A stretch of DNA of 35,503 nt from a virus (taxonomy: Duplodnaviria; Caudoviricetes), in the IMG/VR virus record IMGVR_UViG_3300030433_003096, positions 1-35,503 of that record. One strand, 5' to 3'. The notes beneath the pieces are model-generated. The model was not told where the DNA came from. It worked only from the letters and a program-made list of their open reading frames with translations, and did not search any database. The translations under genes were made by a program, and so were the position numbers. Within the stretch, counting starts at the first letter, position 1; every line of letters starts with the position of its first letter. Shown piece by piece: positions 1 to 9,761 of this stretch.

Positions 1-1088
1 ACAACTTCAAAAATCTTTACAGCAGCAAGTGCAAACTCATCTGCAATACCTTGCTCAATCGCTTTGGAAAAATCAGTCTGTGCCTGTGCATATAGCAGTT
101 CTTCATCTCCACTAGTTGGAACAAAGTCTTGGCACAGTGGATTTGTTGTCACTGCCTGTGAAATAGTATTGAGCGAATCATCGTAAACTGGGTCCAAAAG
201 TGAAGCATTGGCGTCACAAACTTCAATGGGATCTGACATCACTGGATAGTCAGCCTTATACCCGTTAGTTGTCAACCAATTGTTCATAGTGTTAATAAAG
301 TGTTGGCGACCGACAACAAGTCCCTTTTCCATGGAACTTTCTACTGCTGTTGGAGTTTGATTACACAAACCACTAGTTTTCATTTGTACTTGAAGCACAA
401 CACGAGTCTTTTCTAGCCCACTAATGGCTCCCTGCTCATACCAAAAATCTTGCTCTGACAAAGTTGCATTGAAATTTTGTCGCTCAGTTTCTAAGGCTGC
501 TGCTAACTTGGAATATGCATCAGACCTTGCTTGGTCTACTAAATACTCACAACTAGCCTCTGATAATGGTTTAGTGTTATTATAAAATTCTACAAAAGGA
601 CAACTAGATACCTCTGGTAGTTCCACATTTGCATCCCACTCTGTACTACCATCGTATAGACCAAGATCTTCTAAGGCTAGATTTACCTGATTAATATAAA
701 GGTCTTCGCCTACACTAATGCCTGCAAAAATATTCTCACGCAAAACATCAATCTCAGCAAGGTCTTCAGCCGTGAGATCGGCAAGGGTTACTCCCTCCAC
801 CTCCTCTACCTCAGTTGTCCCCTCTGGTTCTACCTCAGTTTCTGTAGGATCGACTTCTGTCTCAGTGCCAGTTTCAACTTCTGTTGGAGTTGTCCCTGTT
901 TCTGTTTCAGTTGGCGTTCCAACCTGCTCTGTCGTAGCCTCAACAGGCGTAGTCGTCTCATTGTCATTTGCTCCCGTGAAACTAACCCCCTGTTCTGAAT
1001 CAGTTGTTGTATCCGTGCTTGTTGTAGTCGTATCCTCGCATGCAACCAACCCAAACACAAGCATTGTAGTCATTAAAAAGTTCTTCAA
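1..1088 (-). CDS. Putative lipoprotein with Thr/Glu-rich linker (3' end runs off the window; absent from the ORF track)
   Basis: Translated by hand: TTG start at 1088 with AAGGAG RBS (1095-1100), MKNFLMTTMLVFGLVA-C (lipobox LVAC, Cys17 at 1038-1040), then a T/E/P-rich tract (PTETETGTTPTEVETGTETEVDPTETEVEPEGTTEVEEV) and an acidic domain with at least 5 more Cys. Open without a stop for 362 codons to the window edge. Confidence 0.85.
   Translation of the reverse strand, partial: MKNFLMTTMLVFGLVACEDTTTTSTDTTTDSEQGVSFTGANDNETTTPVEATTEQVGTPTETETGTTPTEVETGTETEVDPTETEVEPEGTTEVEEVEGVTLADLTAEDLAEIDVLRENIFAGISVGEDLYINQVNLALEDLGLYDGSTEWDANVELPEVSSCPFVEFYNNTKPLSEASCEYLVDQARSDAYSKLAAALETERQNFNATLSEQDFWYEQGAISGLEKTRVVLQVQMKTSGLCNQTPTAVESSMEKGLVVGRQHFINTMNNWLTTNGYKADYPVMSDPIEVCDANASLLDPVYDDSLNTISQAVTTNPLCQDFVPTSGDEELLYAQAQTDFSKAIEQGIADEFALAAVKIFEV
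805..840. repeat. Direct repeat TCTACCTCAGTT x2 (24-nt period) in the lipoprotein linker
   Basis: Exact 12-mers at 805-816 and 829-840, encoding TEVE units. Confidence 0.7.
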
Positions 1089-1099
1089 ATTACTCTCCT

Positions 1100-2059
1100 T
1101 TAAAAGTTAAAACTGTTCATAAACTTTTGTAAAAATGCGTCTTCCGACGACATTAGCCTAGCGGCTTTTTTCCTATTTAGGAATTCTTTTTTAGGCATTT
1201 CGCCTACATCATTATACGGAAATACATCAATATTGTATACCTCCGCACCATATTTTATTAAGTTTTCTATCAAATACGATGCTTTTTTCTTGGCATCCAA
1301 ATCTAAAGCAACATAAACTGGCGTATCATTTAAAACGATACTTTTAAACAGTTTAGATTGCTGCTTTAAGGTAGATCCTAGAATCGGCACCGAATTTTGT
1401 CCCGCTATTATAGCATCAAACACTCCTTCTGTCAAGATTAAATCTTCGTTCCAATCAACATAGAGTTCATTAAAAATAATTTTACTCTTCGCTGTTGGTG
1501 GATTCATGTACTTTCGCCAATCATCTTGGTAAGTTCTGCCAATAAAATAGTTACAGTCGCCATTCTCGTTGAAAGAAGGGACGATAATCCTACCAGCATA
1601 TTCGCCACTGGTGCAAAATCCAATTTTCCAAAACAAAATGTCGCTTTCATCAATTCCTCTTTTAAGCAGATAGTTTTTTGCTGCCTTTGCTTGCAAGGTG
1701 TTATTCTTGTTGGCCAATGATATAAACTCTTCAGGCAGATTTACAACAATTTCTTCTTCTACTTCTTCTTGGGGGAAAATGCTCTCAATGATTGAGTCAA
1801 ACTCAAGGAGATCTATGCCATCAACCAACTCCCGCCATTTGCTTTTATTCTCGTAAGTGCCGTATTTCTTTACCAATCGGTAAATATTATTGCCCCTGTA
1901 ATCACATATCCAACACTTGAACACATTTTTATCTAAATTTACACTGAGTTTCTTTTTGTGGTGATTGCATTTAGGACATGTGAAAAGATATTCTTGACCT
2001 GTTCTGTTGTATTTTCCGAGAAAGTCTTTAAGAACTGTTATCTTTTCGCTGCTTGACAA
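1100..2059 (-). CDS. Phage DNA primase (Zn finger + TOPRIM; DnaG/T4 gp61-like)
   Basis: Zn-binding CPKC...CWIC, core GRIIVP..YFIGR, TOPRIM LILTEGVFDA and YVALDLDA, C-terminal NDVGEM. TTG start overlapping the end of the RuvC-like gene. Confidence 0.92.
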   Translation of the reverse strand: MSSSEKITVLKDFLGKYNRTGQEYLFTCPKCNHHKKKLSVNLDKNVFKCWICDYRGNNIYRLVKKYGTYENKSKWRELVDGIDLLEFDSIIESIFPQEEVEEEIVVNLPEEFISLANKNNTLQAKAAKNYLLKRGIDESDILFWKIGFCTSGEYAGRIIVPSFNENGDCNYFIGRTYQDDWRKYMNPPTAKSKIIFNELYVDWNEDLILTEGVFDAIIAGQNSVPILGSTLKQQSKLFKSIVLNDTPVYVALDLDAKKKASYLIENLIKYGAEVYNIDVFPYNDVGEMPKKEFLNRKKAARLMSSEDAFLQKFMNSFNF

Positions 2060-2576
2060 GTTCGTATCCTGCTTTTGCTATTACAATACTATCGGCAATG
2101 TCATAATACTTTGGTTTAGGATTGCCTGATTTTGTATACTCTACTACAAACTTAGGCTCATTGTCAAGCAAAAACTGAATAACCACTTCTTTTGCCTTTT
2201 TTCCCTTGGGAATAGTAATGCCACAAGATTTACGAGCAGAAGAGGCTGATATATGCTCTGGCTTTTTCTTTAGTTCTCTATGGCAAAGATAAGAAACTAC
2301 CCCGTTAAAAGAGGAGAGTGTTGATAAAGTCTTTGCTGAAGAAAAACCAGATCGAAACATTTGCAGACTTTGCTCAATAAAGATGTGAGAAAAATCATAG
2401 TTGTAATCTAACTTGAGTTCCAAAAAGTAAGAATAAACTCTTTCATACTTTTTGTAGACATCTGGGTAGTGGTTTTTATTTCGCAGGTCTAATGCTTCTG
2501 TATGAATGATATTCCCATCTTTGCTCAAGATAGTAATGCCAATAATGCTTGTTGATATATCTAGTCCTAAAATCAT
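2028..2576 (-). CDS. RuvC-like Holliday junction resolvase
   Basis: RNase H-fold pattern: ILGLDISTSIIG (Asp), IFIEQ (Glu), ISASSARK, KAKE, DIADSIVIA (Asp pair); 182 aa. Confidence 0.88.
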   Translation of the reverse strand: MILGLDISTSIIGITILSKDGNIIHTEALDLRNKNHYPDVYKKYERVYSYFLELKLDYNYDFSHIFIEQSLQMFRSGFSSAKTLSTLSSFNGVVSYLCHRELKKKPEHISASSARKSCGITIPKGKKAKEVVIQFLLDNEPKFVVEYTKSGNPKPKYYDIADSIVIAKAGYELVKQRKDNSS

Positions 2577-2581
2577 AGATA

Positions 2582-3760
2582 TTATATATCAAGTTTTAGT
2601 TTAAATGTCAAGTCTCTTTCTTCAGTTTTCTTGACGGGAGTAGCAAGTTTAGCAATTGCGATAAGATTTTTATCTTCATCATAAATGCCAATCTTAGAAA
2701 TATAAGTTTCTTTACGGAATAGAGGAATAGGATCTTTAAATGAAGAACTTACCACATTTTTTATTGTGACAGATGGCTGCTCTGAGTAGAAATTGCCTCC
2801 GGTCATTGGCGTTTTGATATCTGCATATGATGCGAACGTGGGATTGTTTGAGTGGTTTATTGTTCCTTTTGGAGCATTAGCAAACATGGTTAAAACTTGT
2901 GTTTTGTTTGTGCCCTTGAAATCCATCGCCCATGCTGATTCTTGACCTGCGATAGTTTTGCCATCCTGTGCTCCAACTGCATAATAAATCCAAGCGGGAC
3001 TGACAGCGCCATCGCCATTGTAATTTTCAGTGTGGTCAGCGTCCAGTGCCCATGTTCCGGTTAGCATCATAAAGCCTTCATTGTAAAGCGCAACGCCAGC
3101 GACAGATCCAGACCCAGTACTCCCTTCTGGACCAGTTTGGATTAATTCTCCATTTTGCCTTTCATCTTTTAGAGTTCCAATCAATGTTCCAGAGACATAG
3201 AAATTTAGTTCTATAGAGCCTTTTTTCATTTGAGAGCCAAAGAATATTGAGGGTATACTGATCAGATTTAGTTTTTGTGTTTGCTTGTCCCACCCATCTC
3301 CTAAATCCGAGGAGTATGCATAATGCTCGCTATTGATTCTATAGTAGTTTGTTGTATTTTTCAGGGCTTCTATTCTTGATCTAGATTCTCCCAGAGCAAC
3401 ACTGGACGAAAAGAAGTCTCTAGTTATGCTAGCAGACAAGGGATATGAGCCTGTGACCGTATCACCATATTGAAAATCGGCGTTATAATCTGTTGTGGTT
3501 ATTGTCTTGAATGCAGTTAAAGAGCCATTCTTAGTTAAAAACGGATAGATGAGACCAGAATCAGGTCTATCAACATTGTACTCATACAAACTAACAAAGC
3601 CGGGAGGCACATGAGTTACGCCATCGCTCGACAAGTCTCCGGGTCTGTAAGGTGTCTTATTGTAATAGACCACGCCGCCATAAATATAGAAAGATCCATT
3701 TGGGTGAGATTTAATGGAGTTTCTTACAATGTCGTCTTGACCGAATGGGTAGTATGGCAC
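2582..3760 (-). CDS. Virion structural protein with tail-collar/fibre-attachment-like C-terminus (paralog of 3777..4979)
   Basis: GTG start with GGAGG RBS. C-terminus YISKIGIYDEDKNLIAIAKLATPVKK..LTFKLKLDI resembles the 'IxEIGLFDxDGxLIAVA' strands of P2 gpH/DUF3751-type domains. Baseplate context. Confidence 0.65.
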   Translation of the reverse strand: MPYYPFGQDDIVRNSIKSHPNGSFYIYGGVVYYNKTPYRPGDLSSDGVTHVPPGFVSLYEYNVDRPDSGLIYPFLTKNGSLTAFKTITTTDYNADFQYGDTVTGSYPLSASITRDFFSSSVALGESRSRIEALKNTTNYYRINSEHYAYSSDLGDGWDKQTQKLNLISIPSIFFGSQMKKGSIELNFYVSGTLIGTLKDERQNGELIQTGPEGSTGSGSVAGVALYNEGFMMLTGTWALDADHTENYNGDGAVSPAWIYYAVGAQDGKTIAGQESAWAMDFKGTNKTQVLTMFANAPKGTINHSNNPTFASYADIKTPMTGGNFYSEQPSVTIKNVVSSSFKDPIPLFRKETYISKIGIYDEDKNLIAIAKLATPVKKTEERDLTFKLKLDI

Positions 3761-3776
3761 AGGCGTAACCTCCTGT

Positions 3777-4979
3777 TTAGAAGTCTAATCTAACTCTCAA
3801 GGTCAACTCTGTATCTGGAGTTTTCTTGAGTGGTTCAGATACCTTCGCTACGGCCAAGAGTTCGTTGTCTGCCGAATATAATCCGACAGTGGTAATGTAA
3901 GATACGGGCTGGTCTAGACTGCTGTTTTTAACTCTAATCTGGCTACTACTGTCAATGTAAGTTGGATTCGAACTGTAGTTAAATTCGTTATGACCTGCTC
4001 TGGCGAAATAAATTGTAGAGTTCAATTCAGTAGTGTTATTAAAGCTAATATTATAAATTCTATTTCTAAATGCATCCGCAGATCCAGAGATGGAAGATCC
4101 TGTAATAAATGTGTTACCTGTTAAACCTGCTCCGGTTGCTCCTGTTTGATTTGGATTTGCTAACTGAAGTGTTCCAATGGTGGCATCGTCTAATACACCG
4201 CCGCCTGTTGCGTCTCCTGCATCTTTAAAAACACTACCAGAAATAACAGCAACACCTGCTTGGTAGTAAATCAACCCAACAGGGATACCCTTCCCATCGG
4301 GATTCAGGGTATCTTTAAAAGGGTTAACTCCAGTTGTTAAAGAAGACGTGGCAAATAGAATGCCATATTCTCCGGCAGGAGAGTTAGTTTTATAACCATT
4401 GGAGCCGCTAAGGTCTCGTATTTGAATTCTTTGTAAAAAGTTTGCCCCTGCAAAATCAGCCAAACTATTTGCGACAGCCGCTGTATCATTAGAACCAGAT
4501 ACGCCAAGTTCTAACGTGAAAGATCCTTTTTTAATCTCATCTTTTTGCAAGAGTCTAGCAAAATTTAAAAAGAAGCAATCTCTTAATTTTGTTCCCTCCG
4601 ATAGGTTTCCATCAGCATCAAATTCTCTGATTGTACCGTTAATGTCGTGTCCAACTAGTAATTGTGCCATTTGATTGTAAACATTAATCTTGTCGGCATT
4701 CTGAACATGGTCCGCAGTTGTCCCAGATAAGGCTGATTCATTTGAATAACCAACTGTTATATCAAAAATATGATTAGCAGAGGAGCTTAGATGTGGGTAA
4801 TCAAAAACGGACTGGAAAAGACCGTGTGAATAATTTTTAATATTATGCCCACTAGTGGTGGTCGCTGGATCATGGTATGTTCCGGAAAGAATAGAGCCCG
4901 TAATTGGGATTGCCTCATGCAATAATGTCCTAGTTGTTGTTACATCGTTATTTAAAAAACTTTTAAAACTTGTTGCCAT
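3777..4979 (-). CDS. Virion structural protein with tail-collar/fibre-attachment-like C-terminus
   Basis: C-terminus YITTVGLYSADNELLAVAKVSEPLKK..LTLRVRLDF. Shares KKGS, G..YY/LY..G and N.S.NPT blocks with the 392-aa neighbour. Confidence 0.65.
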   Translation of the reverse strand: MATSFKSFLNNDVTTTRTLLHEAIPITGSILSGTYHDPATTTSGHNIKNYSHGLFQSVFDYPHLSSSANHIFDITVGYSNESALSGTTADHVQNADKINVYNQMAQLLVGHDINGTIREFDADGNLSEGTKLRDCFFLNFARLLQKDEIKKGSFTLELGVSGSNDTAAVANSLADFAGANFLQRIQIRDLSGSNGYKTNSPAGEYGILFATSSLTTGVNPFKDTLNPDGKGIPVGLIYYQAGVAVISGSVFKDAGDATGGGVLDDATIGTLQLANPNQTGATGAGLTGNTFITGSSISGSADAFRNRIYNISFNNTTELNSTIYFARAGHNEFNYSSNPTYIDSSSQIRVKNSSLDQPVSYITTVGLYSADNELLAVAKVSEPLKKTPDTELTLRVRLDF

Positions 4980-5008
4980 AATTTTTTACCTATTTTTATA
5001 CCTTTTAA

Positions 5009-5977
5009 TTAGTGGTTTTTCTTAATAAAAACTAACGGTATGTCTAGTCTATATCCAGTTGTTGCTCCAGTAATTCTAACAGTAGAGTCGATTCGATAAT
5101 AACTTTTAGTTGAATGAGTGGAGAATGTTAAACTTTGGGTTGTCCCTAAAAGAGTAAATAAGTAAGTAGAACTATTTAACTCAATTGATGGTGCTATTCT
5201 TAAGCTTAATTTTGAGCCTCTTGGACCTAAAATTGGAGAATTGCTAGTTGGTGATAAAGAATCAAAAAGACTAGAGTTCCCGGACCCGAAACTATAACTC
5301 GCAATGTTGTCATCATCTAAGAAAGAATACTGTTGCAGGTCGCCATCCTTGTTTGCTATAGATCCTAATCTGTTATCAATTTCCACAATATATTGAGTTT
5401 CTCTTAATGTGGGGTCAATTGTATATGTTGGGGGAATGTTGCTGGTATCCAATCCTTGATCTACACCAATGAACGAATTCTGCGTTGATAGACCTCCATC
5501 ACCAACTGCGGTGTTGGATAAGAATATTCCATTATTATCGAGAGAGTAGTCTGAATCGACCTTTCTGTCGTTGCCGCTAAATATTTTATCTGTGTCTCCA
5601 TCAACAGATATGATAAAACTATTTGCTGTATTTGTCTCTTGGTTTAGTTTTGTCCCGTCTAAACCATTTCCCGCTTGATTCAGTTCTAACTTTGGCAAGT
5701 ACAAAAGATTTGTCTTAGGAATCGATAGCAATCTATTTTTCATCGTTGAAGTATTGTTTGTGAGCGCTTCGATAACAGGAGTTGTTAAAATATTAATATC
5801 AAAATATGCAGAGCCACTTTCGTGATTTAAATCATACTTCTCATAATCAATTTCATCATCTGCAAAAGCATATTTTACAATCTTAAAAGACCCATCACCT
5901 CGTGCAAGTCTCGCCCTACCTGCATCAGTAAGAACGGCATCTAAAATAATATCTCCGCTATTGTCCAAAAAAGCCAT
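5009..5977 (-). CDS. Virion structural protein with tail-collar-like N-terminus
   Basis: AGGAG RBS. N-terminus MAFLDNSGDIILDAVLTDAGRARLARGDGSFKIVKYAFADDEIDY resembles the 'LTxxGxxxLA...ITxxAxGD' start of gpH/DUF3751-type domains. Confidence 0.6.
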   Translation of the reverse strand: MAFLDNSGDIILDAVLTDAGRARLARGDGSFKIVKYAFADDEIDYEKYDLNHESGSAYFDINILTTPVIEALTNNTSTMKNRLLSIPKTNLLYLPKLELNQAGNGLDGTKLNQETNTANSFIISVDGDTDKIFSGNDRKVDSDYSLDNNGIFLSNTAVGDGGLSTQNSFIGVDQGLDTSNIPPTYTIDPTLRETQYIVEIDNRLGSIANKDGDLQQYSFLDDDNIASYSFGSGNSSLFDSLSPTSNSPILGPRGSKLSLRIAPSIELNSSTYLFTLLGTTQSLTFSTHSTKSYYRIDSTVRITGATTGYRLDIPLVFIKKNH

Positions 5978-6010
5978 TTATTTTTCTCCTAAAATGTTTA
6001 TATTGCCTTT

Positions 6011-6037
6011 ATAATTAGTCTTTTGATATAAATAGTT
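6011..6037 (-). promoter_or_regulatory. Two tandem candidate phage (late) promoter motifs, AACTATTTATA and ACTAATTAT
   Basis: Both lie in the largest intergenic gap (5978-6059), upstream of the 322-aa gene. The same core recurs at 28356-28365 and 14953-14961. Confidence 0.5.
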
Positions 6038-6059
6038 AAGTTTTTTTATTTATCTCAAA

Positions 6060-9000
6060 TTAATCGCTGCATGCATCAATTGCCTCTGCTGGTTTATTCT
6101 TTCTTATTTTGAATGCGACATTCAAATCGACAATTTTTCCTGTATGTTTTGATCTTACTCTAAACTTAAATTTTCTTACATTAGAATCCAAAGTAGATGG
6201 ACTAAATAACTTCCCTGAATCTGATGATCCTCCCGGACCCAAGACCACTTGATCTAATTTGTTTTGTGCAGTTGAAGCATTTTCTAAGCCAGACTCATTT
6301 AAGTTGATAACACCTTGCATGGCAGCAGCATCTATCTTCAGGTGTCTTTTAAAAGGTTTTGTTTTTGACCCTGTTTTTTGTGGTTCAAACTCATATATCG
6401 ATATGACAGGGTAAACTGCTCCAGAGTTTTCTACCATTTCTACTTGATATACCGGAGAAGGGTTTGATATGTTTCCGTGCACATCCAAAGACCTAAACAC
6501 ATAATAATACTTTTTATTTTGTTCAATTGTATCTGTATATGAACTTTGACTTTCAGAATCAATAACTTCATACAAATTATCCACAAAGGCTTCATAGTTT
6601 TTTGGAGCACTATCCAGTCTATATATTTCATAATGAGTAACAAAATCGTCACTTTTAAATTTTAATCTTGGCTCAACATAATAGCTTGGAGGATATCCCG
6701 GAATATCCTCCAGAAACTCTGCACCTAATAGTTCTAATAATTGGATTTGAGCATATTGTTGTTTGAACAAGTCTCTGTCTTGTGCTTTTCTGTTATTGTC
6801 AAATTTTTCTAAATCTTCTAGTGACAAAGCAATGGGTATTAATTCCCTACTTACAGATCCGGGATAGAAATTGATCTTAATATCGTTATCTTGCCCTCTC
6901 AAAGGTACAATATCCACTTCCGGTGCCATCGGAGGTGCATCGCTTATGACTACCTTTTTTTTGTAAAAAGGCATTTCTATCAATTTTACATCTGGTTCAC
7001 ATACTACATCGAATATGGCTAGGCGGTCATCCGATTGATTATTGGCGCTTGGAAACAACAAGTTCTGCCCTGTTGTGCCCCCTTTGTAGATCGGTTCGGG
7101 CAGACCTTTGGCTTGGAATCCTTCTGCTTGCGCCGAGTCTCTTACCAATTTTGAATAATTTTGAAAATTTTCTCCGATATAATCAGTATCTGACTGATTT
7201 TCAAACTGGAAGCCATACCTAGTCCCGACCACTAGTTGATATGCATATACAGTGTATTCATAGTTTTGATCATATTTGACTTGTGTGTCGATGTACCTCA
7301 TTATGTCTGTGCTGGCTTCGTTTTCTTTATCGTTTGGTTTTATTAGCCAAAAATTCTGTACATACCCTTCGTCATCAATACTTCCATCTTTATTAATTGC
7401 CACTTTTTGAACTCTATAGAACATAGTTTCACTATAAGCCAGTTCTTTATTCATAATGTCATAATAGTTTCTAGATTTTCCGTCGACGAGTTGCCTATAC
7501 TTTCCCAAAAATGTTACTGCTTTTACTGCTTTTTCCAAATCATCGCCAGATGTGAAGAAGTCCTCAGAATCAGAAAAGGTTTTTGAAGCGTTAGTTGAAG
7601 GTCGCACTATCTCACTTATCCAATTTTCATATCCATCTACTCCCGCAATGGAACTAATATAGCCATCAAGCCATTTGTTTAGATCGAACTCTCTTGTCAT
7701 ATAATTTGGAACTGTTTCAAGCACAGATCCTGCTTCAGTTAAAGTTTCTGCATAAATTAATCCTTCTGCTGGAATTACCTTATAAAAATCTTTTGTTTCG
7801 TTAATCTTATATATTCCCTCTTCGCATAGCAGGGCAGTTCTTGTAGTTTTTTCTCTGTATTTTGGGTCTGGATCTAGTGGGTCATAATAGTATACATCAT
7901 CCCCTGTTCCCATTACTTCTTTTCCTATTATAACGTCTTTATCAGGCTCTATTTGGTCAGTTCCCCTAAACTTTGTGCTAAAAATGCTATTTATCCATGT
8001 CCTTACCAACTCATTAGTCATTCCCGTGCTGTTAAACAGGGTTGAAAAATCCTTGTTTGCATCAGCCTTAAATTCAAAATCAACGTAAAATGGAAATTGA
8101 GTTTTTACACTATCGTATTTATCTAAAAATTCTTTACTATTTTGATCTAATACAATATTGAAGTTTTTATAAGACGAAGAATCGCCTTCATATCCACAAT
8201 TTAATAGTTTAAACCCAAATTCATTGAATTTAAACTTGCTTGGCAAAAGTTGATCACCTTGCGAGTCTTGTGCTGTGCCATCTTCATCTAATGGCACCTC
8301 ATAAATAAGAGGCATTTCAAGTTCGCTAAAAGGTAAGGTCTCATTTGATAGATTCTCATATGCTTCTTGTTTAGTACCCTCTTCATAGTACTTTGAATAA
8401 TAATTGTAAGTTGGTGTAATATCAACAAACAATTCGTTTTTGGCCGGCGTATTTACAAGAGCCATTGCTTTTGAGGACATTGGCAATTGCATCATAAAAG
8501 GTGCGTCCTTGTACATTAGCCTTGTATCATAACTATAAGTATTTGCTACAGGGTCATAAAAAGAATCGAATTGGTTGTCTTTCACTGCTATTTTCAAAGC
8601 CTCTAAAGAAAACTGCTCTAATTCAGGAATATAGACTTGCTGTACGGGCTCTGGAAGTTCAGATAATGATAAAGGAAAGCCGCTATATGACATGTCTAAT
8701 TGACCTTTCCGTGCGACTGAATTGTAGTTATATGTTGGGTCTTGTTGGGCAAATTGTTGAGCAAAAGAGATATAACCGTACTTGCTCTCATCCCCTGCTA
8801 TAGATTCTGCCTGTTTTGCAATTAATTCGTCAATTAAATCTTTTTGGTCTGCCACTTGCTTATTAGCAGCCTCGATTGCTGCTTCGGCTGCTGGGAGTGC
8901 TATGTTCGTAATATAATTGCCAAATTCAAACCCCGGATCTGAAGAAATTATATCTCCGGGGGCATTTTGACCTCCGCTTTCTAGGTATTCATTCCAAGAG

Positions 9001-9746
9001 TCGAAGACCTCCTGCCACACTGGATCTTCGTCAAATTCAATAAGATTAATGGAGATACCTTCATTTTTAATCAGCATGTTTAATGATTTAATGCTGTCTT
9101 CTCTGTCATTGGCATTTTTTTGGTTGTTTTCAAAAACCGCTAATTTGACTTTTGCACTGGTAACTTCTGGTCCATCGCCCTGAATTGCAGACAACCCCAA
9201 AAATGAATAAGCCTTTGGTTTGTTTTTCTTGCTTATGTCTGTAATCAGAGACAAGATAGATAATCTGTTTTGAAGAAGGTCATCTGATGCGAGCCTGATT
9301 TTTAATCTTGTTGCTTTTCTTTTTAGATTAATACTATTGGCATAGACGCTGGTATCGAAGAACTCGCTCCATTGATCAGATACATCTTCATAATATGAAG
9401 TAACAAATACATCACCATAAGACTGATAGGTTAAGGGGACGAGTATATATCCTAAATTTGACTCGATAATATTTGTATATGCATCATAAAACTTTACTCC
9501 TAAATTTCCATTATTATTATAAGACCAAAACTTACCTATTGATTGTCTAAAGGGATCAACTTTTGTTGGGGGAGAAGATCCTCCGATCTCATAATTTAGT
9601 CCTGCTACAGCAGACTCAGAAATTTTCTCTTGCTTTTGTTCTTGACTCACATACGCTGCGTCAGGATAAAATAAGCCCTTGTCAGTCACAAGGACATATT
9701 GAGTTGAGTATTCATTTTTTAATCTATCGTCTAAAGGATTCAACAT
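6060..9746 (-). CDS. Large acidic putative virion protein with C-terminal FN3-like segments (1228 aa)
   Basis: AAGGA RBS. FN3-like signatures FYRVQK...YIDTQVKYDQNYEYTVYAY and YEIYRLD...SYTDTIEQNKKYYYVFRSLDVHGNISNPS, plus a short coiled coil (AEAAIEAANKQVADQKDLIDELIAKQ). Confidence 0.6.
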   Translation of the reverse strand: MLNPLDDRLKNEYSTQYVLVTDKGLFYPDAAYVSQEQKQEKISESAVAGLNYEIGGSSPPTKVDPFRQSIGKFWSYNNNGNLGVKFYDAYTNIIESNLGYILVPLTYQSYGDVFVTSYYEDVSDQWSEFFDTSVYANSINLKRKATRLKIRLASDDLLQNRLSILSLITDISKKNKPKAYSFLGLSAIQGDGPEVTSAKVKLAVFENNQKNANDREDSIKSLNMLIKNEGISINLIEFDEDPVWQEVFDSWNEYLESGGQNAPGDIISSDPGFEFGNYITNIALPAAEAAIEAANKQVADQKDLIDELIAKQAESIAGDESKYGYISFAQQFAQQDPTYNYNSVARKGQLDMSYSGFPLSLSELPEPVQQVYIPELEQFSLEALKIAVKDNQFDSFYDPVANTYSYDTRLMYKDAPFMMQLPMSSKAMALVNTPAKNELFVDITPTYNYYSKYYEEGTKQEAYENLSNETLPFSELEMPLIYEVPLDEDGTAQDSQGDQLLPSKFKFNEFGFKLLNCGYEGDSSSYKNFNIVLDQNSKEFLDKYDSVKTQFPFYVDFEFKADANKDFSTLFNSTGMTNELVRTWINSIFSTKFRGTDQIEPDKDVIIGKEVMGTGDDVYYYDPLDPDPKYREKTTRTALLCEEGIYKINETKDFYKVIPAEGLIYAETLTEAGSVLETVPNYMTREFDLNKWLDGYISSIAGVDGYENWISEIVRPSTNASKTFSDSEDFFTSGDDLEKAVKAVTFLGKYRQLVDGKSRNYYDIMNKELAYSETMFYRVQKVAINKDGSIDDEGYVQNFWLIKPNDKENEASTDIMRYIDTQVKYDQNYEYTVYAYQLVVGTRYGFQFENQSDTDYIGENFQNYSKLVRDSAQAEGFQAKGLPEPIYKGGTTGQNLLFPSANNQSDDRLAIFDVVCEPDVKLIEMPFYKKKVVISDAPPMAPEVDIVPLRGQDNDIKINFYPGSVSRELIPIALSLEDLEKFDNNRKAQDRDLFKQQYAQIQLLELLGAEFLEDIPGYPPSYYVEPRLKFKSDDFVTHYEIYRLDSAPKNYEAFVDNLYEVIDSESQSSYTDTIEQNKKYYYVFRSLDVHGNISNPSPVYQVEMVENSGAVYPVISIYEFEPQKTGSKTKPFKRHLKIDAAAMQGVINLNESGLENASTAQNKLDQVVLGPGGSSDSGKLFSPSTLDSNVRKFKFRVRSKHTGKIVDLNVAFKIRKNKPAEAIDACSD

Positions 9747-9761
9747 TCTAAATTTTTCCTT

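Noticed and set aside
718-1110. 130-aa S/V-rich plus-strand ORF and 76-aa minus-strand ORF (830..1060)
   Set aside because: Antisense and off-frame shadows of the T/E-rich lipoprotein, which has the RBS and lipobox.
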